A DNA stretch of 64,000 nt, from assembly GCA_973895155.1 (NCBI GenBank), contig OZ316897.1, positions 3,318,211-3,382,210 on the forward strand, given 5' to 3'. The translations under genes were made by a program, and so were the position numbers. The notes under the pieces are model-generated. The model did no database searches and had not been told where the DNA came from. It saw only the letters and a program-made list of their open reading frames with translations. This stretch comes from Marsupella aquatica (taxonomy: Eukaryota > Plantae > Marchantiophyta). Below, one piece after another: positions 51,298 through 64,000 of this stretch (position 1 is the stretch's first letter; each line of letters begins with the position of its first letter).

Positions 51298-52104
51298 TCT
51301 GACTTGGTCTGACACTAAATTCCCGATGGTAAACCGGATCATTGTCGTTCCTAGATTTTTCTTCCGGGCAAAATTCGTCGTGTCTCAGGAATGTTTCGTC
51401 GTCCGTAGCTATAACCCTGATCTTGTGAATAATCTCAACAATGTGTCAACGTCATCAACATCGCAGTGACTGCCTCAGTCCCAATGTCGAGAGACACTAA
51501 TCATTGGAAGGTAAGCTTTAGACAGTCGTTCAGCCTCAGTCAGATGGACGATACTTTCTCCGTTGTATGAATGAAAAAGATATTTTCTCTGAAGATCAAC
51601 CATTCCGATCCAGATTCTCCGTTGCATGAATGAAATGATATTTGCTCTGGTTTGAAGATCATCTGATCCATATGTGGAACGGGTATTCTGATGGTACTTG
51701 CTGAAATTGTAATAGCTCTTATTGAAATTTATGTCTAGCATAGCAAAGTCATCTACTGTGAAAGGCGTGACCATTGGGACATCTTTACATTAGTTGGAAA
51801 TTATCCGACTAGGCGTGAAAAAATCAGCTGTCCAGTACCGAACCAAGAATGGGACGCTTGATGACACAAGAATGTACACCCTGCTCAGGTTTAATGTTGG
51901 AGAAGCAGCGGGGTACCATGAATCTCTTTGGTCATGACCAAGGAATCACTCGCAGCAGACGGAGACCGAAAGCTCTTTTGTCAAATCTCAGCTAGGACGC
52001 TCGGTGTGTAATCTTGTCAAACACTGCAGTCTACAGAATTGTGGTTTCTGGGGTACTCTGATCAGTTCTGTGTCGCTTGCTTATTATCAATTTATTTGAG
52101 TAGA

Positions 52105-52628
52105 CAGCTTTTTCCTAATGTGTCCCCCAAACAGCTTTTTACTAATGTGTCCCCAAACTAGTCCATATTAAGGTGTCCTTCAAACAACATTAATTATCAA
52201 CTAGTCCCCATTTTGTATTGGGGTCAAACATTAATTATCAACTAGTCCCCATTTTGTATTGGGCTCAATATTAACTTGTACACAGGTTCTCATTACCATG
52301 TGACAAGTCACTATTGGCTAGCCTTAACCAACCACCATTCCCCTTGGGCCCCCTCCCCTTCCCTAGTGTGTTTTCCTGAGTATAAATGAGGACCAAAAGT
52401 GTTGGGTTTTTGTGGGGGGAGTGGAGATGATTGTGCCCTACAACGGGAAGGGGGCCCAAGGGGAAAAGTGGTGGGTTTAGGCTAGCCAATAGTGAGTTGG
52501 CAACGGGAACCCGGATACAAGTCAATACTGACCCAAATACAAAATGAGGGATGGGTTGATAATTAATTTTGTTTGGGGAGCATGTTAGTAATATGGACTA
52601 GTTTGGGGGACAGTCTAACAAAAAGCTG
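52105..52628. mobile_element. Mutator-like (MULE) MITE / foldback element
   Basis: 10-bp TSD TTTGAGTAGA at 52095-52104 and 52629-52638. Ends CAGCTTTT..AAAAGCTG with long imperfect inverted arms spanning most of the element; small internal duplications in the left arm. Confidence 0.85.
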
Positions 52629-52989
52629 TTTGAGTAGAAGGTAACATTGGAGAATTGTCCATGCCATCCTAGATAGTCTATCCGAGCATCTTGCCAAGTA
52701 GAGCACTCTAGACTACCTTGGACCCAACTCTCCTTGGACCCAACTCTCATGTGAAGGCTTTAAACAATATGGCCCTCAACATTTGCGAAATGTTAGGGAA
52801 AAAGCATATCTTGTTGGACCACAATATCTACTGCGAGGCTCACAAACATCGTGTAATGACATGTGTCCTGTTTGGGTTTTTGCTTTATGCTGGAGTTTGA
52901 GGTCTGGACCTCAAGGGGCTAGGCTATCTGGCCCCGTTGTAAATACTGTTCCCTCTAATGTGTGACCCTAGTTGTGGACTCCCCTTGTG

Positions 52990-55900
52990 TGAATGAGTTC
53001 CTTCCAAAACTGTGGGATCTGGACAAGGAGTACAGAGGTGTGCAATGCCAAACCCTACCAACAAGCACTCATAGGAGTCCAACATATCCATGCACATTTA
53101 GGTGCCAATCTGCATGAACTTGTGCTGAACAACGGTGCACTGATTATTAGGTTCATGCAAAAACAAATTAGCACCGAGTGTAAAATTGTGACATTCCAAA
53201 ACCAGTGGGCTGGAAAATATGATCCGGTGATTTGGCTGGAAAACATTTTAGAAGCGATTGCTCCCGAAATGATCTTATCTGTTGAAATTGGACCTCAACA
53301 CATGTTTTGGCTAGAAAACTACATGGGAAAGCTTTTCGGTTGGGAGATTTTAATGGCCACCCATGAAATTCTGAGAGCAAGTAAAATTAACTGTTTGCAA
53401 TTGAGAATCCTGACCCAAGTTACCCCAATGGTATATTTGTTTACAGGCATTGTTGGCTATTTCAATGGTCAATGCATCAGACTCTATTCTAACCAGTCTC
53501 TGCTTCCATTTACATTGAACAACACAGCCCTTACTCCCCTTAGATGTTGGTGGAAACGATTTTTAAAAGTAAAATAAAGAACTATTTGAGTGTATTCCTC
53601 TTTATGTATATAAGACAAAAACTAAATTATGTACATGAGGATGGGCATGTCAGGCATCCATGATTTAAAAAGGAACGGGTGTGTCATAGGAATGACAAGT
53701 AGCGCACTGCAATGAGACCTTGAATTTCATTTGGCCAGTTGTTGAAATTCGTAAAGGGCATTCGGCAAGGATTAGCTTGCTATGTGTTGCATGATGCACA
53801 TATGTGACGACAAGGGACAAGTTAGGTGGGCACATGTCAATAAGCATGGAGACACAAGTGACAGGGACGAAGGCCTACTACTTTCCATAGGTGTGGTTTG
53901 ATTGACATGGAAGTTCTTTTCATGTGAGTAGTGTTAGAGAAAGTTTTCATTTACAAATAAGGGCCAAAAACATTCCATTGAAGTAAAAGCAAATGAAGTC
54001 CAGAAAGGACAAAGAGTAACTCAACAGAAGAAGGCAAACGCAAACCCCAAAAACCTATATTAAAGAGGAAAAATGGGAAAAGGACATAAAGATGTACCAC
54101 TCCAATAGTGTGACGAGCTTTTATTGTGGCAGAAGAACATCCCCTTGAAATAGGTAAACCAAGGAGGATGTCTTTTCTGTAGTTGAAAAGGGGGCAGGAT
54201 GTCTTGCTTGCTTGCAGAGACTTTGTCCTAAACAGTATAAAGTACAGTAGCTGGCCTATTGCACCGCACAATCTAATTATCATTTGAAGGAAAATATGCA
54301 AATGAGTCGTTACCCAACAATTTTTATTTTTATTTTTATTTTAAATTTATTTATTTTTATTTTGAAGGAAAATATGCAAATGAGAAAACAAGTTTGGACA
54401 AACAATGTAGTGGGCTAGTCATTTCGTAGTATGCAAAAACTGGCCAAAATCTGGCCTCACTCCCCTCAGGGAAATGATACACAAAGGGGAAAAAGAATAT
54501 GGTTTGAAAATTTGCAAGGTGCCTACCCTATGCAAAGGCAACTTTCCAGGTCTAATGAGATCTGATGGCTCTGCAAATGATCATGAAATTTGGATGCTTG
54601 GGAGGCAGTCACCACGTTGCCTTCCTTGAAAACCAAGAAAAAACCCCTCAATGGAAAGACCTATTAATGGTTATCATATTCCATTCAAGTGTGTGCATAA
54701 GAAAGTCTGCTTGGCTTATAGGATTGGCTTGTTACAACTTTTCTACCTCAACTATGAAACTCTCAGTCTATGAGTGTGATCATGAAGGCAAAATCTTAAC
54801 TTCTACCCAACCTAAGTAATGCTAAGTTGACTACTGTGATACTCTAAGTAAACATGAATCCACGACAACCATGGGAGCTTGAATAGTGATAAGGAGGGTC
54901 CAATCTATCATCAACAAGAATTGGCCACACCAAAACAGAAATGGAAAAGAGTAGAGAACAGCCCACACCAATCATGAGATGTTAAATAATTTCAAGCTGT
55001 ATGCGATAGTCATCATCACTAGCTGGTAAGTTACCCAGGTGGAAGATTTCCTTCGTCGGCAGATATGGGTCCTATGGGTCAAAACACAGGATAGGAATCG
55101 CGAGAGGAATTGGTGTCTCAGGCATGGGTTCTCAATATATTCTCTTAAAACATATTGAAGACATTGTCATAAAAGGTGGGTGATTCATGTCTAATTTCAG
55201 GAGTGGGTCAAGGAACAAGGAGCACCCAAACAAGATGTGATACAGCTCTTGTTAGACTCTTCTAAACGGAGGGGTGAAATTAAAAAGTTGGGTGGAGGAA
55301 AAGCACCAGGTACATTGTTTCTCTAGCTGCATCAATCTACCATCTTTGGTTAGCATTTCTACATGAAACAGTGCATGTTGGGATTGCACGTGAATTCTAG
55401 GGAAGGATTACAAGTGGCTGTTATTACAACATCTTCACCAGACCTGTGTTAGGCCTGGCATAGTGACAAATATGATATAAAAATCTTCTTGTAATGTGAT
55501 GGATGGAAATATCCTGTTGCCCAAATATTTGACATTCATGGCATCAATGGATAGGTGGAGATCAATGATCGTACATTTGAAATCCTAAAATTACTTGTAG
55601 GCCATATTAGGAGTTGTAGATGGGCACCTTTTAGTGCCACATGAAGCTTCTCAAATAATGTTTTTGGGACCCAATCTTCTTGGGCTTTAGTGAAAAAGGC
55701 AAGGTGGAAGGCCAAGTCCCTAAAATTCTAAACTACACATTAAGATTGTATTAATGCTAGTAATTTGAATTACTTTGTCCTAGAGTAGGGTGTAGACTAG
55801 TATGAAAGAGCATCAGCTGGCCCACACTAAATCATCCAACAGTGGATGGAATTCTTCTCCAAGCATCCAAGACTCGATAAATATGAAAGATTCAAGCTCA
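52990..55900 (+). mobile_element. highly degraded LINE remnant
   Basis: Scattered L1 ORF2-like peptides (LWVKTQDRN ~55075, GKAPG ~55295) in broken frames. The 194-aa ORF 52993-53577 may be an ORF1 remnant. Boundaries uncertain. Confidence 0.35.
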
Positions 55901-56609
55901 GACCTTTGTGACCAGACAGTTCTGATTTTGTATCTAATATGATTTTTTACCATAGCACTTGTGATAGTTGTAAGATTTTTAGCCCAAATACCTATGCGAA
56001 TGCACAGGAAATCTTACAACTATATCGCAAACAGAGCCTAGATTTCGGGTCTAGGTTTCGAGAGTGAGTGAAGCCTCTAGATAGTAGCCCTTAGGGCCCA
56101 CCAAATTTATGTCCATGGATAGAAGGATGGGAGAATATGCATCTAAAAACTGATGAGCATGCATTGTGACCTTTATTATCATGTCTATTCATATTCAAAG
56201 AATGGGCATTCTGGCTGGTACTCCCTATACTCAGACTCCCCATGGCCATCTTTACCCACAAGCTTAGTCTAAATATCAATTTGTTTCTTTTGCCAGAGAA
56301 ATTGTGGTCTATAGGTCATGGAAATAGACTTCCACCCCAAATTCTAGTATAGATTAAAAAGAGAGTAAAATTTACCAAATATAACCAAGTTGTATGATAT
56401 GTCCAAAGGCCATTTCTCATTGTAAAATAAAATAATATCTGTATATACTGGCCCAATGCCTGCCCAGTGCACGAGTAGCAAGGGCTACGCACTCTATGGG
56501 ATTGCACAAATGGCCAAGGCGAGGCACAAAGGGTAAGGTGGAGGCATTTGTGGTACACAGGGAGGGCAAGTGAGCCTGTATTTTTGACCTATCAAACCAT
56601 GTTTTCAGT

Positions 56610-56855
56610 GAATGGCCATGATTTCTTCCTGCCCAGATGACATTTTGTAAACTGATGGTTCAGAATTGGAGGGATTGAATATTGTAGTGTTTTGTAAAAG
56701 ACTCGTACTGAATGGCCATGGCCATGATTTCTTCCTGCCCAGATGACATTTTGTGAACTGATAGTTCAGAATGGTAGGGATTGAATATTGTGAACTCATG
56801 GTTGGGAATGGTAGGGATTGGATATTGTAGTGTTTTGTAAAAACTCGTACTGAAT
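56610..56855. repeat. imperfect local duplication (~110 bp)
   Basis: TGGCCATGATTTCTTCCTGCCCAGATGACATTTTGT and GGATTG.ATATTGTAGTGTTTTGTAAAA.ACTCGTACTGAAT each occur twice. Confidence 0.75.
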
Positions 56856-59158
56856 TTCTTCGATCACTTTCTGATGGTCTTCGCTCTCAATTGGTTGCCC
56901 CAGTCTCAAACCAGACATCGTTCTCTCACAGTATCGTCTTTTCACTCTAACAATTTGAAGCAATGGCTCTGAGCAACGAACGAGACGTGTAAAGTACTAT
57001 GCGAGGCTCTCTCTCTCGATGAGAATAGTTGCTGCGCTCCGATTTTAGACGAATGATATCGAAAGCTGGCTCTTCGAAGAACAATTGAGAAAGATTTATC
57101 AGCATTGTAAACGGCGTCGAACTTGTGACTGAAGAAACGCTTCTCGGGCATCGATCCATTCCAAAAATTGAGGAGGAGCAGCTGAGGTCCTCACTTGGCG
57201 GATCTTGACCGAGTTCTGACCTCTGACGGAAAGCTGTCTCTCGCGGCTCGATCAGTTCACGATACTCTCGAGTGTGTTCTAGGATTTTGGGGTAGTAGGC
57301 AGGGAATGAACATTCATCACATGCTTCGAAAAGCTTCCACTGTCAGTCTATTTCTTAAATGCTACTCATTGACTGTGCCGAAATGTCCCAAAAGGCAAAG
57401 GCACTTGGATTCTCAAAAACAGTCAACGTCAAGCTGTCGATGACGGTGTGTACTGAGTAGTGAGTGACTGAGTACCCCAGCTCACAAAACCTCACGAAAC
57501 CTCACGACGAGCTTGTAGATCAGTCTGCTGCTTTCCAGCTTCCACGAAGGTGCTCAACGTGGAGAGTGCTGAACGTCAACTCTAGCTCAAACTGCAGCAT
57601 TAATGGACAGTTGCATTTGCAAGTCTGACCTGGTGGCTGGTGCGCACCTGTCAGGCTCAAATATTCTTCGAGCTTTGCTACTCTGTCGTCTGTACTGTGT
57701 AGTATCCTTCTACCTTCTTTCGGGATTTATAAAATGAAATATGGGACCAAGAGTGAACCGAATATGGGCGGTGCATGCTCTATCCCCAAATCAAAATCAC
57801 ATTCAGGGACACTCTTCTTTGGAATGCCATTTATGGTCCTGGAATGTCATTTATGGTCCTGGTACACTTAGTTGCTTGAGTCACAAAAGTTTGTCTGATC
57901 TTCATTTTTGGGTGGGTGTTGGTGTAAAAAACCCTCATCCATGGTGAGTTTTGAACCCACTACCTCTGCCTCCCCCTCAACTCGGTTACCTCTACGGGCC
58001 TCAGCCTACTAATCGAAAATAAGGATCCATTTTTGGTATTTATTTTGATAATAAACATGCAACCCGGGCAGCACCCGGCAAGCAGCGGGTACGGAGAGTC
58101 ACTAATGACTTTCCAGGGACCCGTAACCCTGAATCAAATCACTTGAGAGAAAACATGTCCTGGCTGATCCAGGCAGGTTCAGAGTTCACCAATGGTAAGT
58201 AGAATCAGCAATGTTGACAAAGTAATGACAATGGAGCCAAGGAAAGTCAACCTTCTTTGAAAATTCAGAACCTCACATATTACAATGTTTCTCCATTACA
58301 TGTTAGAAATGAAGTCTTGAGTTTGCCCACACTAAAGCTTCTTGTATATAGAGCATGCTCATCCTCGAACATGTTTGATTTGTTTGTCTTGTAGTGATAC
58401 ATAAAATATGGGAGCAGAACTAGAATACATATTAAGTGTGAGTGAGATAAAATAATATAAATGGAGCACATGCAAATAAAAACATATAGTGTGACCACTG
58501 AAAAGTACAGTCAAGTTCTATGACACGAAGGTGCTACAATTTGTGCACTTATTAATTCAAAGTGCCTTATTAATGACATAGAACCATAAACTTAGGGAAA
58601 AAAGCCATGAAGGGAACTTAAGACATGATTTATTATTTGGAATCATTTCTCTCACTCACGAGAAGACTTAAAACTTTGTTCAAGATAAGAAAGATTAAAA
58701 ATTAAGAGGGCTGCCAGAATAAGTTCAAAATTCTCTAGGATACCAAAAATTAATGGGATCCATAAATAAAAAAATAAAAAAATCTATATGATACAAAGGA
58801 TGCCCCTTGATAAGGGACATTGAAATAAAAATAAATGACACAAAAATTCTGAATAAGACAAAATCTGAAAGGCAAATATGAAACGGGAATTCACCATGTA
58901 GCAGCTTCAAAATTTGTGTTTTGGGTTTGGATACTATGCAATCTCATTGCCGTAATGCTGTCATTTCTCCTGAATGTGAAGCAAAGTTTACTAGTCTTTA
59001 TGCTAAAAATAAAGCTCAGCCATACCCAGGAGGGAGAAAGGGTTGGACCTTGTGGGGTACCCTAGAGAGTTGCATGGTCTAGAGTTTATCCTCTCCTAAA
59101 TGGGTCAGATTTTTGTATCCAAGGCAAACATATAAAATAAAGTTCAGCAACAGCATAG

Positions 59159-59487
59159 GCTTTCCCTCAAGCTAGAGCCAAGCGGGTCATAAGTAGCCGC
59201 ATCTGAAGCCTACAGATATATTTGGGATGGATTCCAAAATGAAATGAATTACTTGATGGGACCCTTCAGGTTTTTTGATAAGTTGATTTAAGGTCTATTA
59301 ATGGTTCCAATCACTCAGGGTCCTAAGCTTTCCTCAAGCTAGAGCCAACTCGCTCATAAGTAGTTTCAATCTAAAGATTACAACTATATTTGCTTGATGG
59401 ACCCCAAAATGAAAAGTGTTACTTGATGTGACCCTTGAAGTTTTTGATAGGTGATTTAAGGTCTATCAAGGGTCCAACTCACTCAGG
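59159..59487. repeat. diverged ~168-bp tandem duplication
   Basis: GCTTTC(C)CTCAAGCTAGAGCCAA...GATTTAAGGTCTAT..CACTCAGG occurs twice. Confidence 0.8.
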
Positions 59488-62400
59488 TCGGGCCCCTAAA
59501 CTATGGCCACAACCCAAGCTTGGATCTTATACCCTTCCTCTTGAGCAGTAAGTTTCTGGTATTTGTTATGGAGAGTTTAGGGTGTAGTGTTTCCTTCTTG
59601 TTAGTGGATCCAAGAATGCCTGATTCTCTTCCTGACACCTCTTTGATTTCTATACGATGAAATCGTTGAAGCACATGAACAGCATAAGTCATAAGTCTGA
59701 AGGGACAGAAACGAACGGAGCTGAATGCTGAACCTCGGGGTCTCAGATGCATATGCACTAATGCATATGCACTAAAGCAGGCTTCTCTCCAAAACACCTT
59801 CAAGGAACCTCTGGCTCTTTGGATGGAGTCGGTCCACTTGCTATCACTCAATTACAGAAACCAACTCAGCAACCATCTACCCTGTAGGATCAAACACAAA
59901 CAACGCGTGGAAAAAGATGAAGAATATGGAATCCAAAGTAATCTTCGTCTGGATTCGTCTGTCCTTCAGAGTCGCCCACTTACGTCTGTTGCTTCACTTA
60001 TTGTTGTCAAGCGGAATTTCCAACGCAAAGGTGAGAATCCATAAGGGAACTTCCCGAAAAATGCCGCAACCGTCCACTAACTTGTCGGTGCGTTACTCGA
60101 TCAAGGGCCTTGGATTATGATCAGGCATTACCTTCAGCACGAGCGTCAGCAGGTTTTCACCGAGCAAGAAACGCCCCTCGCATAACTACTGTACACTACT
60201 ACTCCCGGGTTTACGTTTGTAAATTAAAGAATTGCATGGTTTTTCTGCCATGAACTATCCCACTGAAATCCATTCAGCGGAAAGGAATCCAGCTATTTAG
60301 CGCGTATGTTTTGTCTCGAAAGGAATTTATGTGGAAGATCACTCAGGTCATTCCCCATGGCAGCGGCGACAAAACGAAACGAAATCATTGACATCATTGT
60401 CTCTGCCATCACAGATGTGTATAGGAAGACTATGGTAATCTTATTTTAGACAGTCAAGCTCATGACTATATACTGTCCATCGTCCGACTCACTCCGGTCA
60501 ATCACTTTCAGGACGATCTCACTGAAGCTGATTGACTTCATTTTCAACAAAGTTGACCTCACCAGCTCAGCACAGCAGTGTTCCATGATCCTTCACACTG
60601 AAATAGGCTAAATCCAGTAAAACCCAAGACGCAGTGAAGAAGCCATATCGACGGGGTAAAGATTACGGTATGTCTCCTGGATTCATCATATTTTACATCA
60701 ACCAGCAATTGCCCCCTGATCCCGCCTCCCCTTCCTTTTTCAGAACTTATCCGCATCATTCGAGAAAATTTCGAGACTTGGGTAGCCGTTTCATGAGTCC
60801 AATCAGAATCAGCGAAAATTACAGCCAGATCAACTCGAGCCAATACAAAAATGTCCAAGGTGGGTCCAATCCGTAGACCAACGAGGCCAGTCAAGCTCGC
60901 TCGAGCCCACCAGCAGTCACTATGGTCAAGAAACAGAATATGCCCACCAGCAACCACTATGGTCCAGGAACAAAATATGTCCAACTTTCTCCGTTCCTAC
61001 ACCTTCCAAATAATGTCTTCCACATCATTTTGCTGCAAATGAAATTTCCGTGCGCGTCCCGTCCAATGTCATCATCCGCCACAATACACAAAACCGACAA
61101 AAACACTTCACAACTCTGCAAAACAGTGCTCAGGAGACGCCAGCGATAGACGATTCTGTAGGACACTCGCAGACACATGACGATGAACGAAAGTAAACGG
61201 TCAAGCAGTACAGTCTACCGTCTTTCAAGGCAAAAGGACGACGCTCGACGCAAAACCACGACGTCCAGATTTACGCATTCCATTGTACAGAAATTTGTGA
61301 CATTCGAGTGGGCGGGAATGGCAACGAATGTTCTAACTTTACTTGCGATAATTCTGATAAGCGGAAGGGAAGGTTTTGAAGGTTTTGATTTGGGGAGAGC
61401 CTGATCAACTCTTACAAGTGCTAGGGACTTATGGTGGCCCGAGCCCAATAGAGCGTCTCAAAACTGGCATTAGGTCATAAAGAATAGATCATAATTTTTT
61501 CACAAGATTAAGTAAAAGTTTTCATTTGCTTTTCCTTTGACCAGTACGAATGGTTATGGCATAAGACCAATCCTTATGGCATAAAGTTATGGACCATGAA
61601 GTATATAGTACATAATAACTATTTATGTCCATAACTAGGGAGTTAGGGTACACCTAATTGTCAGCTTTGAGGCCCTAATTGACTTACATCCAAGTACATG
61701 TTACAACCTTTTTGGCCAGGACAAAAATGTTAGGGGCTATCTGTAACTTAAGTATGCAAAACTTTCAGCCATAAGACCTAGCTTACAGAGTGTTGTGACA
61801 ACCTAGCTTACTGCAGTGCTGTGACATGCCCTAGTGTGTAAATGTTGCATAAAAAGTATCAACTTGAGACAAAGAAATGCAAATGAGGCAAGGAACTGCC
61901 TTGCAAGGTAGGTCATGGTGGTTGCGGCCCCACAGTCCTGGGAACAATTGGGGGGACGGAGAACGAGTTTTTCCCTCCCCTTTGTTTTCCTTGTTTCCCC
62001 TTGCCTCTCCCTCCCCCTTCTCCCCTCCCCCTCTCCAGATGTGGGCCCAGGATAGAGGGTCGTGGATGCGTGATTCTGTGGGGAGGGAATGCAGGCTTGC
62101 AGGTTGGGATTTTGGCAACTTCAACCGTTACGAATGGCCACAATATGTTCATGCCTGGTTTACTATTTGTGAAGTAGTTGGTGGACCCCCTAGCTATTTT
62201 GCTTAGCAAGACTCAAGTAGGAGGAAACAAGGGCCACTATGTGCAAGGAGGAGAAAGAGACAAAGCAGATAGAGAGAGACAGAGAGATGATTAGGCGCAT
62301 TACTACTAGCCAGTGCCTTGCTTTTGAGAGGCATAGAGAGCAATTTGAAATTTGAAAGGGTTCAGATCTCTAGATCACATCTCGTGATCCTAAATGAGTG

Positions 62401-64000
62401 TCAACTATCTTCTTTGCAATAGTTTTGGATTAACCCAAGACTATAGGATGGCTTCAATCGATGCAAATATTTGCCCTTTCTCAATACTCAATTCATTACA
62501 TACATTAAATCATCACTCAGATTGATCCTCTCCTCTATTTTGGATTTTCCTGGAAAATGAAGCATCTAGACTGTTTTACTTTCCATTCAATGCTTTGCCC
62601 AGAATCATCCCCGGAATTATCCATCCATCCCGTGTTCAAAAGAAAATATATGGGATACAACCTTCTGATCTTGCTTTGAGTGGAGCTCAAAGTGGTTTGT
62701 ATTCAGAGAATTACAATAATGAAGCTCATATAGGTTTATGACACTGGTGAATCGAGGACGTACTGTTGCGGAAAGTTGCGAGCTGTCTTAATGTTAAACA
62801 TGGCTCAAGCTTAGAAGACCTCTGGTCCTTGAAACCTTGACAATTTTGTGGTGACACAAGCTCAGCCATGGGGATCAATGCATGGCCAGCTTTGTGATCA
62901 AGTATAATTAAGAAGACTTTGAATACCTTCAAGCAGTCGCAGATTTTGTATTTACATGACTTTGCAGATTTTGCATTTACATAATTTCACTGCAGTCTTG
63001 TAAACAAATTGTAGTCAAGTACAGACTAGTGCTAGTGAGTCCGGTCTTCCCTTGGTTCTCACAATACTAAACATGAGAAGCGAGTGCCATTAGCCAGTTT
63101 TGCACTGAAACTACCCAAAGATTTTTGAGTTTGAAATGGTTTATGCAAATCACCAAAGGAATCTGGTCATGATGGCATTTATCAACCGGAGATAAGTGGG
63201 CATATGGAGAAGTTACCTAGCTTGCCAACTACTGGGCAGCTATTAGACTTCTTCTTGTCTTTATCGTCTTTGGATTTACCCCCATCGACCCCAAGACAAA
63301 CCAACGCCAATTGAAGACAAGTACAAGTACATTTTCAGGATAATCCAAATAGGTTAGATTATTCTCTGTATGTGTGAAAAACTAGACAATATTTGGGTAG
63401 TTACATAACTACCTTTCCTTTTTACAAGATCACTGTTTCATTATTGTTAAACACTCTTGTATGTAATAAAAAAGAATTATTTTACTTCTACAAAATAACT
63501 AAAGTAACTAAACCGGTTACTTGCTAAAAACAATTCATCTAGTCCTTTGTGTTTTTGTTTTCTCTATGCCTTGTTTTTACTGTGCGGCGACCAAGAATTT
63601 TCTTCCAAATTGGCACAAACAAGAAGGTAGCAGTTATTTTGATTCCCAATAAAGACTAGTGGTGTTTGGTGCACGTCACCATGACATGGTGTGCTGTGGT
63701 GCCTGGAATTTTGGAAAGGACCCCTCATGGCAGTCCGTAACTAGTGATGGAGGAGACTGGGCAGGATTGCATAGTCTAATATGTAGATGTTAGCTAATTG
63801 CAAGTCCCAAATTAGGGGTGTCACATCATGTCTAGTGCCCCACTCACGGCTTGAAGGGGATTGTGGGGGCCATTTCAGTTTTTTCCTCTCTCTGAGATGG
63901 AATCATAGTTGTGGGTTTGCAAGAACCGCCTGCACTTCACTTTTACAAAACTTTGGGGACACATTTTATGTCAAAGTTTCTGGATCCCTCATGGACATGC

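Noticed and set aside
57900-58010. tRNA/SINE-like head with B-box-like GGTTCAAAAC on the - strand
   Set aside because: No cloverleaf, clear A-box or TSD.
60559-61450. Cluster of 60-140-aa ORFs on both strands
   Set aside because: No recognisable domain or consistent exon chain.
61794-63825. Possible ~2-kb Gypsy solo LTR (TGTGACA...GGGGTGTCACA)
   Set aside because: The termini are suggestive, but none of the candidate starts gives a matching 5-bp TSD.

Overview
Nuclear DNA of a land plant, probably one with flagellated sperm (bryophyte, lycophyte or fern grade), inferred from a CFAP45-like ciliary gene. Host genes: the 5' part of a CFAP45-like gene (-), an inositol polyphosphate 5-phosphatase (+, 7 coding exons), an intronless mitochondrial NAD-malic enzyme (-), STT3B (+, 6 exons) and a decayed 2OG-Fe(II) oxygenase pseudogene. 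Mobile DNA: a full-length but mutated Ty1/Copia element (293-bp LTRs, CTGGA TSD) nested in a tandem Helitron-like minisatellite element, a 5'-truncated L1 with a 20-bp TSD, tRNA-derived SINEs, a MULE-type MITE and a scrambled partial copy of the malic enzyme gene. The standout is a ~4-kb element at 19109-23094. It has ~21-bp terminal inverted repeats flanked by TA, and its only recognisable gene is a 5-exon Crypton/DUF3504-type tyrosine recombinase, with no DDE transposase or reverse transcriptase. All family assignments are from motif recognition by eye; no database search was run.
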